Below are positions 8,965 through 17,894 of a DNA stretch of 64,000 nt, piece by piece; within the stretch, counting starts at the first letter, position 1, and every line of letters begins with the position of its first letter. Made by a program: the position numbers and the translations under genes. The stretch comes from Fibrobacteria bacterium (lineage in GTDB: Bacteria; Fibrobacterota; Fibrobacteria; UBA11236): assembly GCA_043732185.1 (NCBI GenBank), contig JAYTHY010000092.1, positions 1 to 64,000 of the forward strand, written 5' to 3'. Below the pieces are notes generated by a model, which worked only from the letters and a program-made list of their open reading frames with translations, had not been told where the DNA came from and made no database searches.

Positions 8965-10866
8965 ATGGATTCCAAATTTTCTATTGCTCTTCCCCATTGG
9001 ATCCGTAATCATCGGGTCCGTAATATTTCTGGACTGGCTCCAAGACTTTTCGGACTTGGGTTTGCCCTATGGCTATTGTCTTCCTGCATTTCTGATGGCC
9101 CCAATCAAACCGGTGGCCAATATCTTGCCAAGCACGATATCCTCCTAAAAAATCCACTTTACCATGTCGTGCTGCCATCGTTTCCCGTGGACAGTTTTTG
9201 GAATTCAGATGCCGAACGCAACCATTTAGGCGATACAATTTTGATGGCCGGAATCGCTGGAAATTTTACTGGTCAGGTTCGCATGGCATTTGATTTAGCC
9301 GATACAAGTTTCCTAGATAGCCTTAGCGACAGTGCGGCTTCTCTTCGGCTATCTGTCGGGGCTGTACCGACCACTGGAGTGGGATTGGCAGAGTTAATCG
9401 GAACAGTTGGCGACACCGGCCTTGATACTACCAAAACGTATCGCGACAGTCTGGCCTTTTTGGTGGAAACCTGGGCTGTACCCGATCGGGCAACTGCTGG
9501 GTCGGTCCAAACGGACGCGGCGCGCCAAGACACTTTTAATCTTTATAATAGACGCTTTCTCATCCATCAAGATACCACTGCTACACTACCCAAGCCCACT
9601 GTATTGGATACGATCAAATTGCAGATCAAGGGGGCGTATGCCAAAGATAACTTGCAAGCCAAATCGCTTCCTCATCTTCTCAACTTTTTAAGAAGCAAAT
9701 CCACTTCCACCAAATGGCTGATTCAAATTCAGTTGACTCCAATTCCCGATGGCTCTAAATCAGGACTTGCGATGTTGCGACTAGGTGGTGAAATCACTTC
9801 CAGTTATGGTCCAGCCCTGCTCTTTGGAAAAACAAACTTCAACCCTGCCAGCGCATCCTCAAAGCAAAAACTCGGGACCCTTACCACCGTGGGAATCAGG
9901 GGTGTGAATTACACCTTGAAATACAAAGGCTCTCGCTTTGATATACTACCCGCCAAGATGCGTGGATTACACTTGTTATTGGACAGGTCAAGGCTACTGG
10001 ATAGCCTGGATGCGGCTTTGCTTCGACAAGGTATCACGCCACCGTCGCGCGCGATTCAGGGTCATTTCGATCTCACTTATTTCATTCCATTTGGCCAAAT
10101 CAGTTTGCCGCTTGCTGACTCCTTAACTTTGGAAGGCAGCTTGCCATTGGACATGCGTTTGGCCTCTGATATCGATTCTACCTTACCGGGCACCCCATCA
10201 GGCGCCTTAGGCCTCAAAATCATCCCGCTTGATGTACCCACCGTGATCGGTTACAACTACGAAAATGGCAACTACTCGAAAGTATTGGATAGCATCTCGC
10301 TCTTTTACAGAAAGGTACCCGCACTGGATTCTGGATTGAATCAGATTATTGTCCGGTTTGGAAAGGATACCTTAAAGAATGATTCGGAATTTGTCCATGT
10401 AGGGGAAACCAAGGAAATCATAATCGCCAATGCATCTGGTTCCTTACCCCTCATTCTTACCCTAACGGCAGGAAAAAACACAGCGCAAGCTGAATACTAC
10501 TTAAGCAGCCATGCAGTAGCCGAGAACAATGATTTTCGCGATGAAAAAACCGGAGAACTGCTCTCCACACTTTCCAAGAAGTTGTCCCACCTTCTGTTTC
10601 CTAGCCAAAAAACTCTCAATTTACGTGCTACAACTGGACTACAAAGACTGCTGAACCGAGCTGATGCAGGTCAAAATGTTTTCCCCGATTTATTGATTCA
10701 GCCGGCATTTCAATCAGCAATAGACACCGCTGTAACAACAGGATCCGTTACCCAGCCACAGCGCATACCATTTCCCATTCTTTCTGTCATTCCGCCTAAA
10801 ATTCAAGGCGGCAAACTGACAATAGGCCTTGATCTGTATCTCTACCCCTTGAAGAAGGAGCTCTAA
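8965..10866 (+). CDS. Large lipoprotein of unknown function
   Basis: 633-aa ORF; lipobox-like LLSSC after a hydrophobic stretch; beta-rich; 1 nt from the next gene. Start uncertain. Confidence 0.7.
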   Translation: MDSKFSIALPHWIRNHRVRNISGLAPRLFGLGFALWLLSSCISDGPNQTGGQYLAKHDILLKNPLYHVVLPSFPVDSFWNSDAERNHLGDTILMAGIAGNFTGQVRMAFDLADTSFLDSLSDSAASLRLSVGAVPTTGVGLAELIGTVGDTGLDTTKTYRDSLAFLVETWAVPDRATAGSVQTDAARQDTFNLYNRRFLIHQDTTATLPKPTVLDTIKLQIKGAYAKDNLQAKSLPHLLNFLRSKSTSTKWLIQIQLTPIPDGSKSGLAMLRLGGEITSSYGPALLFGKTNFNPASASSKQKLGTLTTVGIRGVNYTLKYKGSRFDILPAKMRGLHLLLDRSRLLDSLDAALLRQGITPPSRAIQGHFDLTYFIPFGQISLPLADSLTLEGSLPLDMRLASDIDSTLPGTPSGALGLKIIPLDVPTVIGYNYENGNYSKVLDSISLFYRKVPALDSGLNQIIVRFGKDTLKNDSEFVHVGETKEIIIANASGSLPLILTLTAGKNTAQAEYYLSSHAVAENNDFRDEKTGELLSTLSKKLSHLLFPSQKTLNLRATTGLQRLLNRADAGQNVFPDLLIQPAFQSAIDTAVTTGSVTQPQRIPFPILSVIPPKIQGGKLTIGLDLYLYPLKKEL

Positions 10867-10867
10867 A

Positions 10868-12082
10868 ATGGGGTCCCGGAGAGTATTCCTTACCCGTAGT
10901 ATTTTTTCTCTTGTCGTGATTTCCTTGGCCTCAGTTCAAGCTGAGACATCCCCGTTAAGCGTTCTTTCGGAAGGCTATGGGCTGTCTGTTAGCTCCTACA
11001 ATGCGCGTGAACGGGCCATGGGTGAAGCCGGTATGGCATCGGTCAATAAATCTGGTCCGTCAATTCCCAACCCGTCCCGCACGGCCTGGAACGATAAGAC
11101 GTCCTTCGCGGCCACCTTTGAAAGCGATATCGATTACCTACAGGACGCTCAAACGTCCAATCGAACCACTTCCTTTTTACTCCCTGCCATTGCCATGAAT
11201 TTTCAAACGCATTGGCCCATGAACATTGGCCTTTTATATCGACAACTGTTCCATCGCAATTACAGCTTTACACCTTTTGAAGCTCCAAATCCTTCCTCGG
11301 TACAATCTATTGATGCAGAAGGTGGCTTGTATGAAATCGCTGGAACCATTGCCTATGCGCCTATGCCCATCCTTTCCTTGGCACTCGGCTATCATTATAT
11401 ACTTGGCCGCGAACGAACCATAGAAAGCAGTGTTTTCAATGCTAGCCCAAATAATTTGGATCTTTATAACGGGGTAAACTTAATCGGAGATACCTTGTCT
11501 ACCCGTAGCAATGGAGGCTACCCTTCCGCCTCCATGACATTTCGGCAGAAACAATTTAGCCTGGCCGCCTCCGGTGCCTTGGGAGCCACCTTGGAGAGAA
11601 CCCTTCGGCGCACGGTCACTGGATTAGGATCTGGACAAGACTCTACTACGGAACGTGAATTGCCTTGGTCGGCAGCCATAGGGGGTGCCTTTAAAATTAA
11701 GCCCAATCAAACACTGGTCGCAGATTTTTCCTGGGAATCCTGGCAAAAAACCTCTCAAACTGTTCTTAATCCGGCCTTTCACATGGGCACCGGTTATGAA
11801 TATCAGGGTCTAGGCGGTCCCTACGAACGCTATTTTCGAAAAGTTTCCTATCGCACAGGCTTAGGATTTGAACGTCTCTATTTGGATCAAACTGACCTGT
11901 ACTATCTGACTGCCGGAGCCGGCCTACCTTTGGGAAGGAGAGGAAACTTAGTGGATGTTTCCTTAAAGTATGGACATCGTGGGTCCTTGGAAAGTAGTTT
12001 TTGGACAGAAGATTTTATTAAGCTATCTGTAACATTGACCGGCGTAGGCATCTGGGGCCAACCGGTTCGAAAAAGACGGTAG
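10868..12082 (+). CDS. Outer-membrane beta-barrel (FadL/PorV-like)
   Basis: Signal peptide; ARERAMGEAG...NPS N-terminal plug-type motif; alternating amphipathic strands. Confidence 0.7.
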   Translation: MGSRRVFLTRSIFSLVVISLASVQAETSPLSVLSEGYGLSVSSYNARERAMGEAGMASVNKSGPSIPNPSRTAWNDKTSFAATFESDIDYLQDAQTSNRTTSFLLPAIAMNFQTHWPMNIGLLYRQLFHRNYSFTPFEAPNPSSVQSIDAEGGLYEIAGTIAYAPMPILSLALGYHYILGRERTIESSVFNASPNNLDLYNGVNLIGDTLSTRSNGGYPSASMTFRQKQFSLAASGALGATLERTLRRTVTGLGSGQDSTTERELPWSAAIGGAFKIKPNQTLVADFSWESWQKTSQTVLNPAFHMGTGYEYQGLGGPYERYFRKVSYRTGLGFERLYLDQTDLYYLTAGAGLPLGRRGNLVDVSLKYGHRGSLESSFWTEDFIKLSVTLTGVGIWGQPVRKRR

Positions 12083-12102
12083 CTTTGGCATTGGGGGTTT
12101 GA

Positions 12103-13302
12103 ATGTTGAATCGTAAACCAAAAAAAACCGCCAAAATTCCGTTGAAGAAATCCAAACCAAAAAAAGAGGCTCCAGCCAAAGAAAATAAAAAGGCTAAACC
12201 CAAACCTACAGCGAAGCCAAAGTCCACCACTAAAGCGTCTGCACCTAAATCTGCATCGGCGACTAAACCGGCTGCCAAAGCTAAATCGGCACCAGCCCAA
12301 AAGGCAAAATCCAAATTACCGGTCAAAGCCACCAACAAGACCAAAACAAATATCAAGGCCAAGCCAACCTCTCCCATTAAATCCGTTATTAAAGCCATCT
12401 CAAAAAAAATAAAAGAGGCTGCCCTCGGCTTGGAGGAATTTACTCTTTCGATTTTAAGGCCAGGCAAAAGTAAAGAGAAAATTTGGCGAACAAAAAATTT
12501 TCAACAGCTTCCCGCGCAGAGCGAAATTGGCTTTCCAGAACAAACTCCAGAATTGCCAAATCTTTATAGCGAGTCAAAATTGGTATTAATGCCCAAGGAT
12601 CCGGATTATATGTTCTCCTACTGGGAACTCACGCCAGACCTTATCGCCGAAAAAGCCAAGGCCCGAGTGGAAAATGGAAATTATCGTGAAACCCTGAAAA
12701 TCAATTGGGAATCCAAATCTCTGTTCGAGCCAAACTTCACCTTCATTCCGGTTTTTTTCTGGGCGCGCAAATGGTATTTCGGAGTACCTCAAGTTGGACA
12801 ACGCTATCAAGTGGAGCTCGGTTGGCTCAGCGATAGCGGTCATTTTATCTCCATCCTTCCTTCCAATCTGTCGGAGTTGCCTGAAAGCTGGGCGAATACT
12901 CAAAAAAGATTATCCGACCAGGGTGATGTGTTGGTCTACTCCTCACAGCATACCAAAACGCTGGGAAGCTCAGAGCATATTGTGGTTGAGGACCACCGTG
13001 CATTTGTTCCGGAATGGAATCTCAGTTCGGAAAGTTTGAGCTCCTCTTCCTGGTCGCGTTCAGACCGTTCCGAAAACACCAGTAAGCGTGTCGCAGCACC
13101 TAAAACCCGTTTGGAAGTTTCCGGAAAGGTTTTACCCGGAACCTTAATCCGAATTGGCGGCAAGAGCATGGCTATAAGCAAACACGGAAAGTTTAGTGTC
13201 GAGATTCCCTATGACCAGGAAATTTTAACCTTGGAATTGACATCCCGTTCCGGTGCTAGCCGTTCCTTGACTTACAACCTGAAGGAGTTGGTCCTAAACT
13301 GA
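12103..13302 (+). CDS. DUF4912 domain protein with Lys/Ala/Pro-rich N-terminal tail
   Basis: ELPNLYSESKLVLMPKDPDYMFSYWEL and WYF...YQVELG...FISILPSN match DUF4912; first ~105 aa are K/A/P/T-rich. Confidence 0.85.
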   Translation: MLNRKPKKTAKIPLKKSKPKKEAPAKENKKAKPKPTAKPKSTTKASAPKSASATKPAAKAKSAPAQKAKSKLPVKATNKTKTNIKAKPTSPIKSVIKAISKKIKEAALGLEEFTLSILRPGKSKEKIWRTKNFQQLPAQSEIGFPEQTPELPNLYSESKLVLMPKDPDYMFSYWELTPDLIAEKAKARVENGNYRETLKINWESKSLFEPNFTFIPVFFWARKWYFGVPQVGQRYQVELGWLSDSGHFISILPSNLSELPESWANTQKRLSDQGDVLVYSSQHTKTLGSSEHIVVEDHRAFVPEWNLSSESLSSSSWSRSDRSENTSKRVAAPKTRLEVSGKVLPGTLIRIGGKSMAISKHGKFSVEIPYDQEILTLELTSRSGASRSLTYNLKELVLN

Positions 13303-14870
13303 TGGGATATTTGAATTTCGTCCTGCACGCCCATCTGCCTTACGTCCGACACCCCGAACACGCCCGCTTCCTCGAAGAGGATTGGTTTTTTGAAGCCATA
13401 ACGGAAACCTATATCCCACTTTTGCAGGTATTTGAAGCCCTGCACCGGGACGGCCTCCCTTTTAAAATCACCATGAGCCTCACTCCGCCGTTATGCGAAA
13501 TGCTAGCGGACGAATTATTGCAAACCCGTTACATAAATCACATTAACCGGTTACGGGAACTGGCCGAAAAGGAGTGCACGCGCACAAAGAATGATCCCTC
13601 CTTCTGCTATTTGGCCGCCATGTACCGGAATCTATTTGAAGAGTGCCACAAAGTCTTTAACAAATACCACCGTAACCTTTTGAATGGGTTCCGCAAATTC
13701 CAAAAGCTGGGTAACCTGGAAATCATCACGTGCGGAGCCACGCATGGCTTCTTGCCTAATTTAAGACAGTCGCCGCGTTCGGTGGAAGGGCAGCTAGGGG
13801 TTGCCGTCCAAAACTATTGGAAGCACTTCGGTCAGGAACCGTGGGGCATATGGTTGGGAGAATGCGGTTATTACCCAGGCCTGGATAAACATATCAAGGA
13901 GGCGGGCCTTCGCTATTTTTTCGTGGACACGCATGGCATCCTGCAAGGCCATCCGCCTTCTCCAAAGGGCAACTATGCGCCAATCGAAACACCGCATGGC
14001 GTCTACGCCTTCGCCCGGGACCAGGAGTCGTCCAAAGCCGTCTGGTCGGCGGAAGAAGGCTATCCGGGAGATTTTCGATATCGGGAATTCTATCGAGATA
14101 TCGGTTTTGATCTGGACCTGCCCTACATCGCTCCCTATATTCATCCCATGGGACTTCGTATCAATACTGGCATCAAATATTTTCGCATCACAGGGAAGGG
14201 CAATTACAAGGAGCCCTATGTGGAGGACTGGGCCCGCCAGGCCACGCAGGAACATGCGGAAAACTTTGTTTTTAATCGGGATACCCAGGTTGAGTGGCTT
14301 AAAGGCCGGATGGATACCCCGCCCTGTATCGTCTGCCCCTATGATGCCGAGTTGTTTGGCCATTGGTGGTATGAAGGCCCGATCTTTTTAGGAAAAGTAA
14401 TGCGCCAAGTGTTAACGGGATCACATAGCGTACAGCTTTCCACTCCTCGGGACTATCTCATGAATCATCAGGGAATTCCCCATTCCGATCCCGCCTTTTC
14501 CTCCTGGGGTGCGGGAGGTTACGGGGATGTTTGGCTCAACGCAAAGAACGACTGGATTTACCCCCACTTGCATAAGGCCGGTGAACTAATGCATGAAGTG
14601 GCGAAGCTTCCGCCAGCAGGAGAGCAGGACCGGCGCGCCCGCAACCAAATGGCCCGGGAGCTGCTTTTGGCCCAGGCTTCGGATTGGGCTTTCATAATGA
14701 AAACTGGAACGATGGTCGATTATGCGGTCCGGCGCACAAAGGTACATGTCCACAATTGCCTGGAACTCTATCGGCAAATTCGAAGCGGAAATATCTATGA
14801 GCCTTATCTAGCCAACTTAGAAGCAACTGATAATATTTTTCCAGAGATTAGCTATCACACATACGCCTGA
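13302..14870 (+). CDS. GH57 1,4-alpha-glucan branching enzyme (DUF1957 domain)
   Basis: HAHLPY, CGATHGFLP, WLGECGY (nucleophile Glu), PYDAELFGHWWYEG (acid/base Asp), AQASDWAF; TGATG overlap with the upstream gene. Confidence 0.93.
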   Translation: MGYLNFVLHAHLPYVRHPEHARFLEEDWFFEAITETYIPLLQVFEALHRDGLPFKITMSLTPPLCEMLADELLQTRYINHINRLRELAEKECTRTKNDPSFCYLAAMYRNLFEECHKVFNKYHRNLLNGFRKFQKLGNLEIITCGATHGFLPNLRQSPRSVEGQLGVAVQNYWKHFGQEPWGIWLGECGYYPGLDKHIKEAGLRYFFVDTHGILQGHPPSPKGNYAPIETPHGVYAFARDQESSKAVWSAEEGYPGDFRYREFYRDIGFDLDLPYIAPYIHPMGLRINTGIKYFRITGKGNYKEPYVEDWARQATQEHAENFVFNRDTQVEWLKGRMDTPPCIVCPYDAELFGHWWYEGPIFLGKVMRQVLTGSHSVQLSTPRDYLMNHQGIPHSDPAFSSWGAGGYGDVWLNAKNDWIYPHLHKAGELMHEVAKLPPAGEQDRRARNQMARELLLAQASDWAFIMKTGTMVDYAVRRTKVHVHNCLELYRQIRSGNIYEPYLANLEATDNIFPEISYHTYA

Positions 14871-15045
14871 TTCAGGCGCAGACTCGGTAACCCTGAATAC
14901 AAAAATATTCTGGTCTAAAATCGGGACTTTTCCCTACAAAAGCTCATTTTTAATCCGAAAATACTTGTGAATCGTCAGGCAATTCAATTCATTGAGATTT
15001 ATTTTAGGCATTAGATTCAAGGGGTAGAAGGACCGAAGACGCGAG

Positions 15046-15318
15046 ATGGGAAATTTTAACGCTACACTGCTGGTGCTTGTATTAGCTGTAATGGGCGTTG
15101 TAGTTACTGTGCTTTTACTGGCAGTATTTAGAGAGACGCTATTTTGGTACTGGCGTTCAAAGGGTATTCTTAAAGAGCCAAAGGATATGCTAAATCAAAC
15201 CCATGAAACGGCCCTATTCATTCGAAAAAATATTGCAGGGCTTAAAGCAGCGGAGTCGGCTTCCGGATTAACCAAAGGCAAACAATCACCTCCCATGGGC
15301 ATGGATATACCCGCATAA
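15046..15318 (+). CDS. Small single-TM hypothetical protein
   Basis: Hydrophobic N-terminal helix followed by FRETLFWYWR. Confidence 0.5.
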   Translation: MGNFNATLLVLVLAVMGVVVTVLLLAVFRETLFWYWRSKGILKEPKDMLNQTHETALFIRKNIAGLKAAESASGLTKGKQSPPMGMDIPA

Positions 15319-15374
15319 TTTTAGCTCATGGAATGATGGTTTAATTGGCAGGTTGGCGCCCGATATATCGGCCA

Positions 15375-16679
15375 TTATTTGCGGAGTAAATTATGTACGC
15401 GCATCATTAATTCTTGAGCGGTAAACGGCTTTACGATGTAGTCGTCGGCGCCTTGAGCAAATCCCCTCTCCACATCACTTTCCGTCCCCAATGACGTTGT
15501 CATCAATACAGGAATCATTTTCCCATGCGGCGTTCGACGAATTTCTGTGATTAGACTTTTGCTGTACTTTGCCTCTTCTTTCAAATCCAAGATTAGCAAG
15601 GAAAAGAATGTATCGAACGCTAATTTCAAGGCAGAGGAGCCCTTGGGAGAAACTTGAACGACAAACCCTTCTCGTTCCAAGCTTTCTGTTATGGCTTTGG
15701 CAATGCTCGGTTCGCCTTCAACCAGTAAAATGCTTTGCTGAATTATAATGTTCTGATCGGATTCAGACACCAGCGAACCCCGACGCGAAGATTTAGCCAC
15801 ATACAGATACCGATCGGCTTCCGCTACAACTTTTTCCACACTGGAACCTGGAGGAGCCGAAACCAATCCAGCGGAAAAGGATAAGGGAACGGGCCTGCCA
15901 TCCAAGGTGCGAAAAGGCGAGGACGCCAAGGCACTGAACATTTTTCCCACTGCGGATCGTGCTCCATCAATACCCGTATCAGGAAGGAGCAGGACAAATT
16001 CATCTCCACCCCAGCGCGCCAGATAATCCGATCGACGCAGAGCATCAGTAAATGCCCGCGCAGCATGCCGCAAAGCGGCATCACCGGCCACATGTCCCAA
16101 GGATTCATTGATACGCCTTAAAAGGTCGAAGTCCAGCAATGCCAGTGACAGGGGTTCGGGTTTTCTAGTGGACAATGCCAACGCTCGTTGGAATCCTTCG
16201 CAAAAAGAGGCCCGATTAGGTAGGCCAGTAAGTGCATCTTGGCGCGTTTCACGTCTCATAGCCATCGATTTGTGCAAGCGAGCGGCTACAGCTGCTTTGA
16301 GTACTTCTGGTGCAATGGGTTTTTCAAAATAGGCGTCGGCTCCCAAAGCAAAGCATTCTGCTTTGGGCTGTGGACCGCCCATTGCGGAAAGTATAATGAC
16401 TGGAATGCCCGCAGTTACGGAGCGTTCGCGCAAGGTCGCCAAAAAACTCCTGCCATCCAAATCTGGTAAGGATAAATTGAGTATGATCAGCATCACCGAA
16501 TGTGCTTCGAGCAGAATCATTGCCTCACCGGCCGAAGTAGCCAGAAAAATCTCCCGATCGGAAGCGGACAAAATAGTTTTAAGCAAACGGGACATTTGTT
16601 GATCCTGTTCAACAATTAATAGGCACGGGCGTTCCCGCATATCCATATTGCCGAAAACGCTGGAACTGGATCCATTCAT
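15375..16679 (-). CDS. REC-GGDEF-REC diguanylate cyclase response regulator
   Basis: DALTGLPNR, GHVAGD, RRSD I-site, RWGGDEF; two receiver domains ending GADAYFEKP and GADDYIVKPF. Confidence 0.92.
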   Translation of the reverse strand: MNGSSSSVFGNMDMRERPCLLIVEQDQQMSRLLKTILSASDREIFLATSAGEAMILLEAHSVMLIILNLSLPDLDGRSFLATLRERSVTAGIPVIILSAMGGPQPKAECFALGADAYFEKPIAPEVLKAAVAARLHKSMAMRRETRQDALTGLPNRASFCEGFQRALALSTRKPEPLSLALLDFDLLRRINESLGHVAGDAALRHAARAFTDALRRSDYLARWGGDEFVLLLPDTGIDGARSAVGKMFSALASSPFRTLDGRPVPLSFSAGLVSAPPGSSVEKVVAEADRYLYVAKSSRRGSLVSESDQNIIIQQSILLVEGEPSIAKAITESLEREGFVVQVSPKGSSALKLAFDTFFSLLILDLKEEAKYSKSLITEIRRTPHGKMIPVLMTTSLGTESDVERGFAQGADDYIVKPFTAQELMMRVHNLLRK

Positions 16680-16718
16680 TCGTGATGATTTCCCTGATTT
16701 AACATAGTAGCATCAAAG

Positions 16719-17894
16719 CTACCTCACTTCCGTATCGGATTGTTCTTCAATATCCTGAAATCCCAGATGGCGGAAAGCAAATTCTCCTTTGATTCCAAAG
16801 CCGACATACTGTTTTCCTGCGAAGCCGCCATAAAGAAAGGAGCCCGTAGCCCGAATGCGGTGAACTTCCCAAATTTTTAAGCCCACCCCCAATCCTGCCT
16901 CCGTCTCAAATCCAATGGCTGCCCCCTTCACCGCAACCAGGGCCTTGGGCAATAAATGGATGCGCCAAAGAATATCCGGGTCCGGTATCCAGGAAAGGGC
17001 TAGTTCCCCGTAAACCCTCTGCACATTGTCATTACTTGCCGTTTTTTCCAACGGAGATCTCAGTTTGAGTTTTCGGTTTGCGTCCGGCATTCGCATCACT
17101 AATCCTATACCAGATTGCCAGCCGACCTTTCCATGCGATCGCAAATAACCATATCGCAGTTGCCATAAATCGCCTTCATCATGTGCCGGAATCCGCTGAG
17201 AGTTGTCTTCAGAACTGTACCAAACAGATTTTACATCAAAGCGATGACGTGATGTTCCAGTTTCCAGAATGGCCCGTCCTGCCAAGCCAAAGTAAGGTGA
17301 TGTATAAAATGGACTTCCGGGAAGCCCCGTGAAACGAGCCGGGCGTGCATAAAGAAATCCACCTAATGTACTCCACGATGTCCAGCTATACCGGGCGAAG
17401 ACTTCGGCCTGAATCGCGCGTGGGGAAAGGAAGTCAGAAAAGGGCAAAGGACAGTATTCGCTGACTGCCTGATAAATGGCCAAGGTATCCTGAGAGCTAA
17501 GGGTGCCGGCGTAGACAGGTATATTTCCGCCCAATGAAACAAATAGAAAATCGCGGATGAGCTCAGTGGTAGCCGCTAACTTGATTGCGAATGGCTCACG
17601 GTACGCCTTAGTAAAACCCGGCGCTAAAGTTTCTCGCGAACGAAGTCCCATGTGGAAGGATGCAAAACTCAGTGACTGGATTGTAAATCCTTGGTATAAT
17701 GAAACCTGATAAGGTTGGAAGCCGACCACTTCAGTTGGTGATGTCAAATAGAAGGCATCCACTGAGCTATGGGCAATCCAGGGGTACCCCTTTTCTTGTC
17801 CGGAATCCAAGGAATCCGCTTTTTCAGCCAGTACATTGCAAACCAAACCGATGCATGCAGCCGCCAATGCCCATTTAAACGCCCGTAGTTTCAA
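16719..17894 (-). CDS. Exported, probable outer-membrane beta-barrel protein
   Basis: Signal-like KWALAAACIGLVCNVLA; aromatic alternating strands. Start moved to TTG 17894, which overlaps the upstream TGA (TTGA). Confidence 0.65.
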   Translation of the reverse strand: MKLRAFKWALAAACIGLVCNVLAEKADSLDSGQEKGYPWIAHSSVDAFYLTSPTEVVGFQPYQVSLYQGFTIQSLSFASFHMGLRSRETLAPGFTKAYREPFAIKLAATTELIRDFLFVSLGGNIPVYAGTLSSQDTLAIYQAVSEYCPLPFSDFLSPRAIQAEVFARYSWTSWSTLGGFLYARPARFTGLPGSPFYTSPYFGLAGRAILETGTSRHRFDVKSVWYSSEDNSQRIPAHDEGDLWQLRYGYLRSHGKVGWQSGIGLVMRMPDANRKLKLRSPLEKTASNDNVQRVYGELALSWIPDPDILWRIHLLPKALVAVKGAAIGFETEAGLGVGLKIWEVHRIRATGSFLYGGFAGKQYVGFGIKGEFAFRHLGFQDIEEQSDTEVR

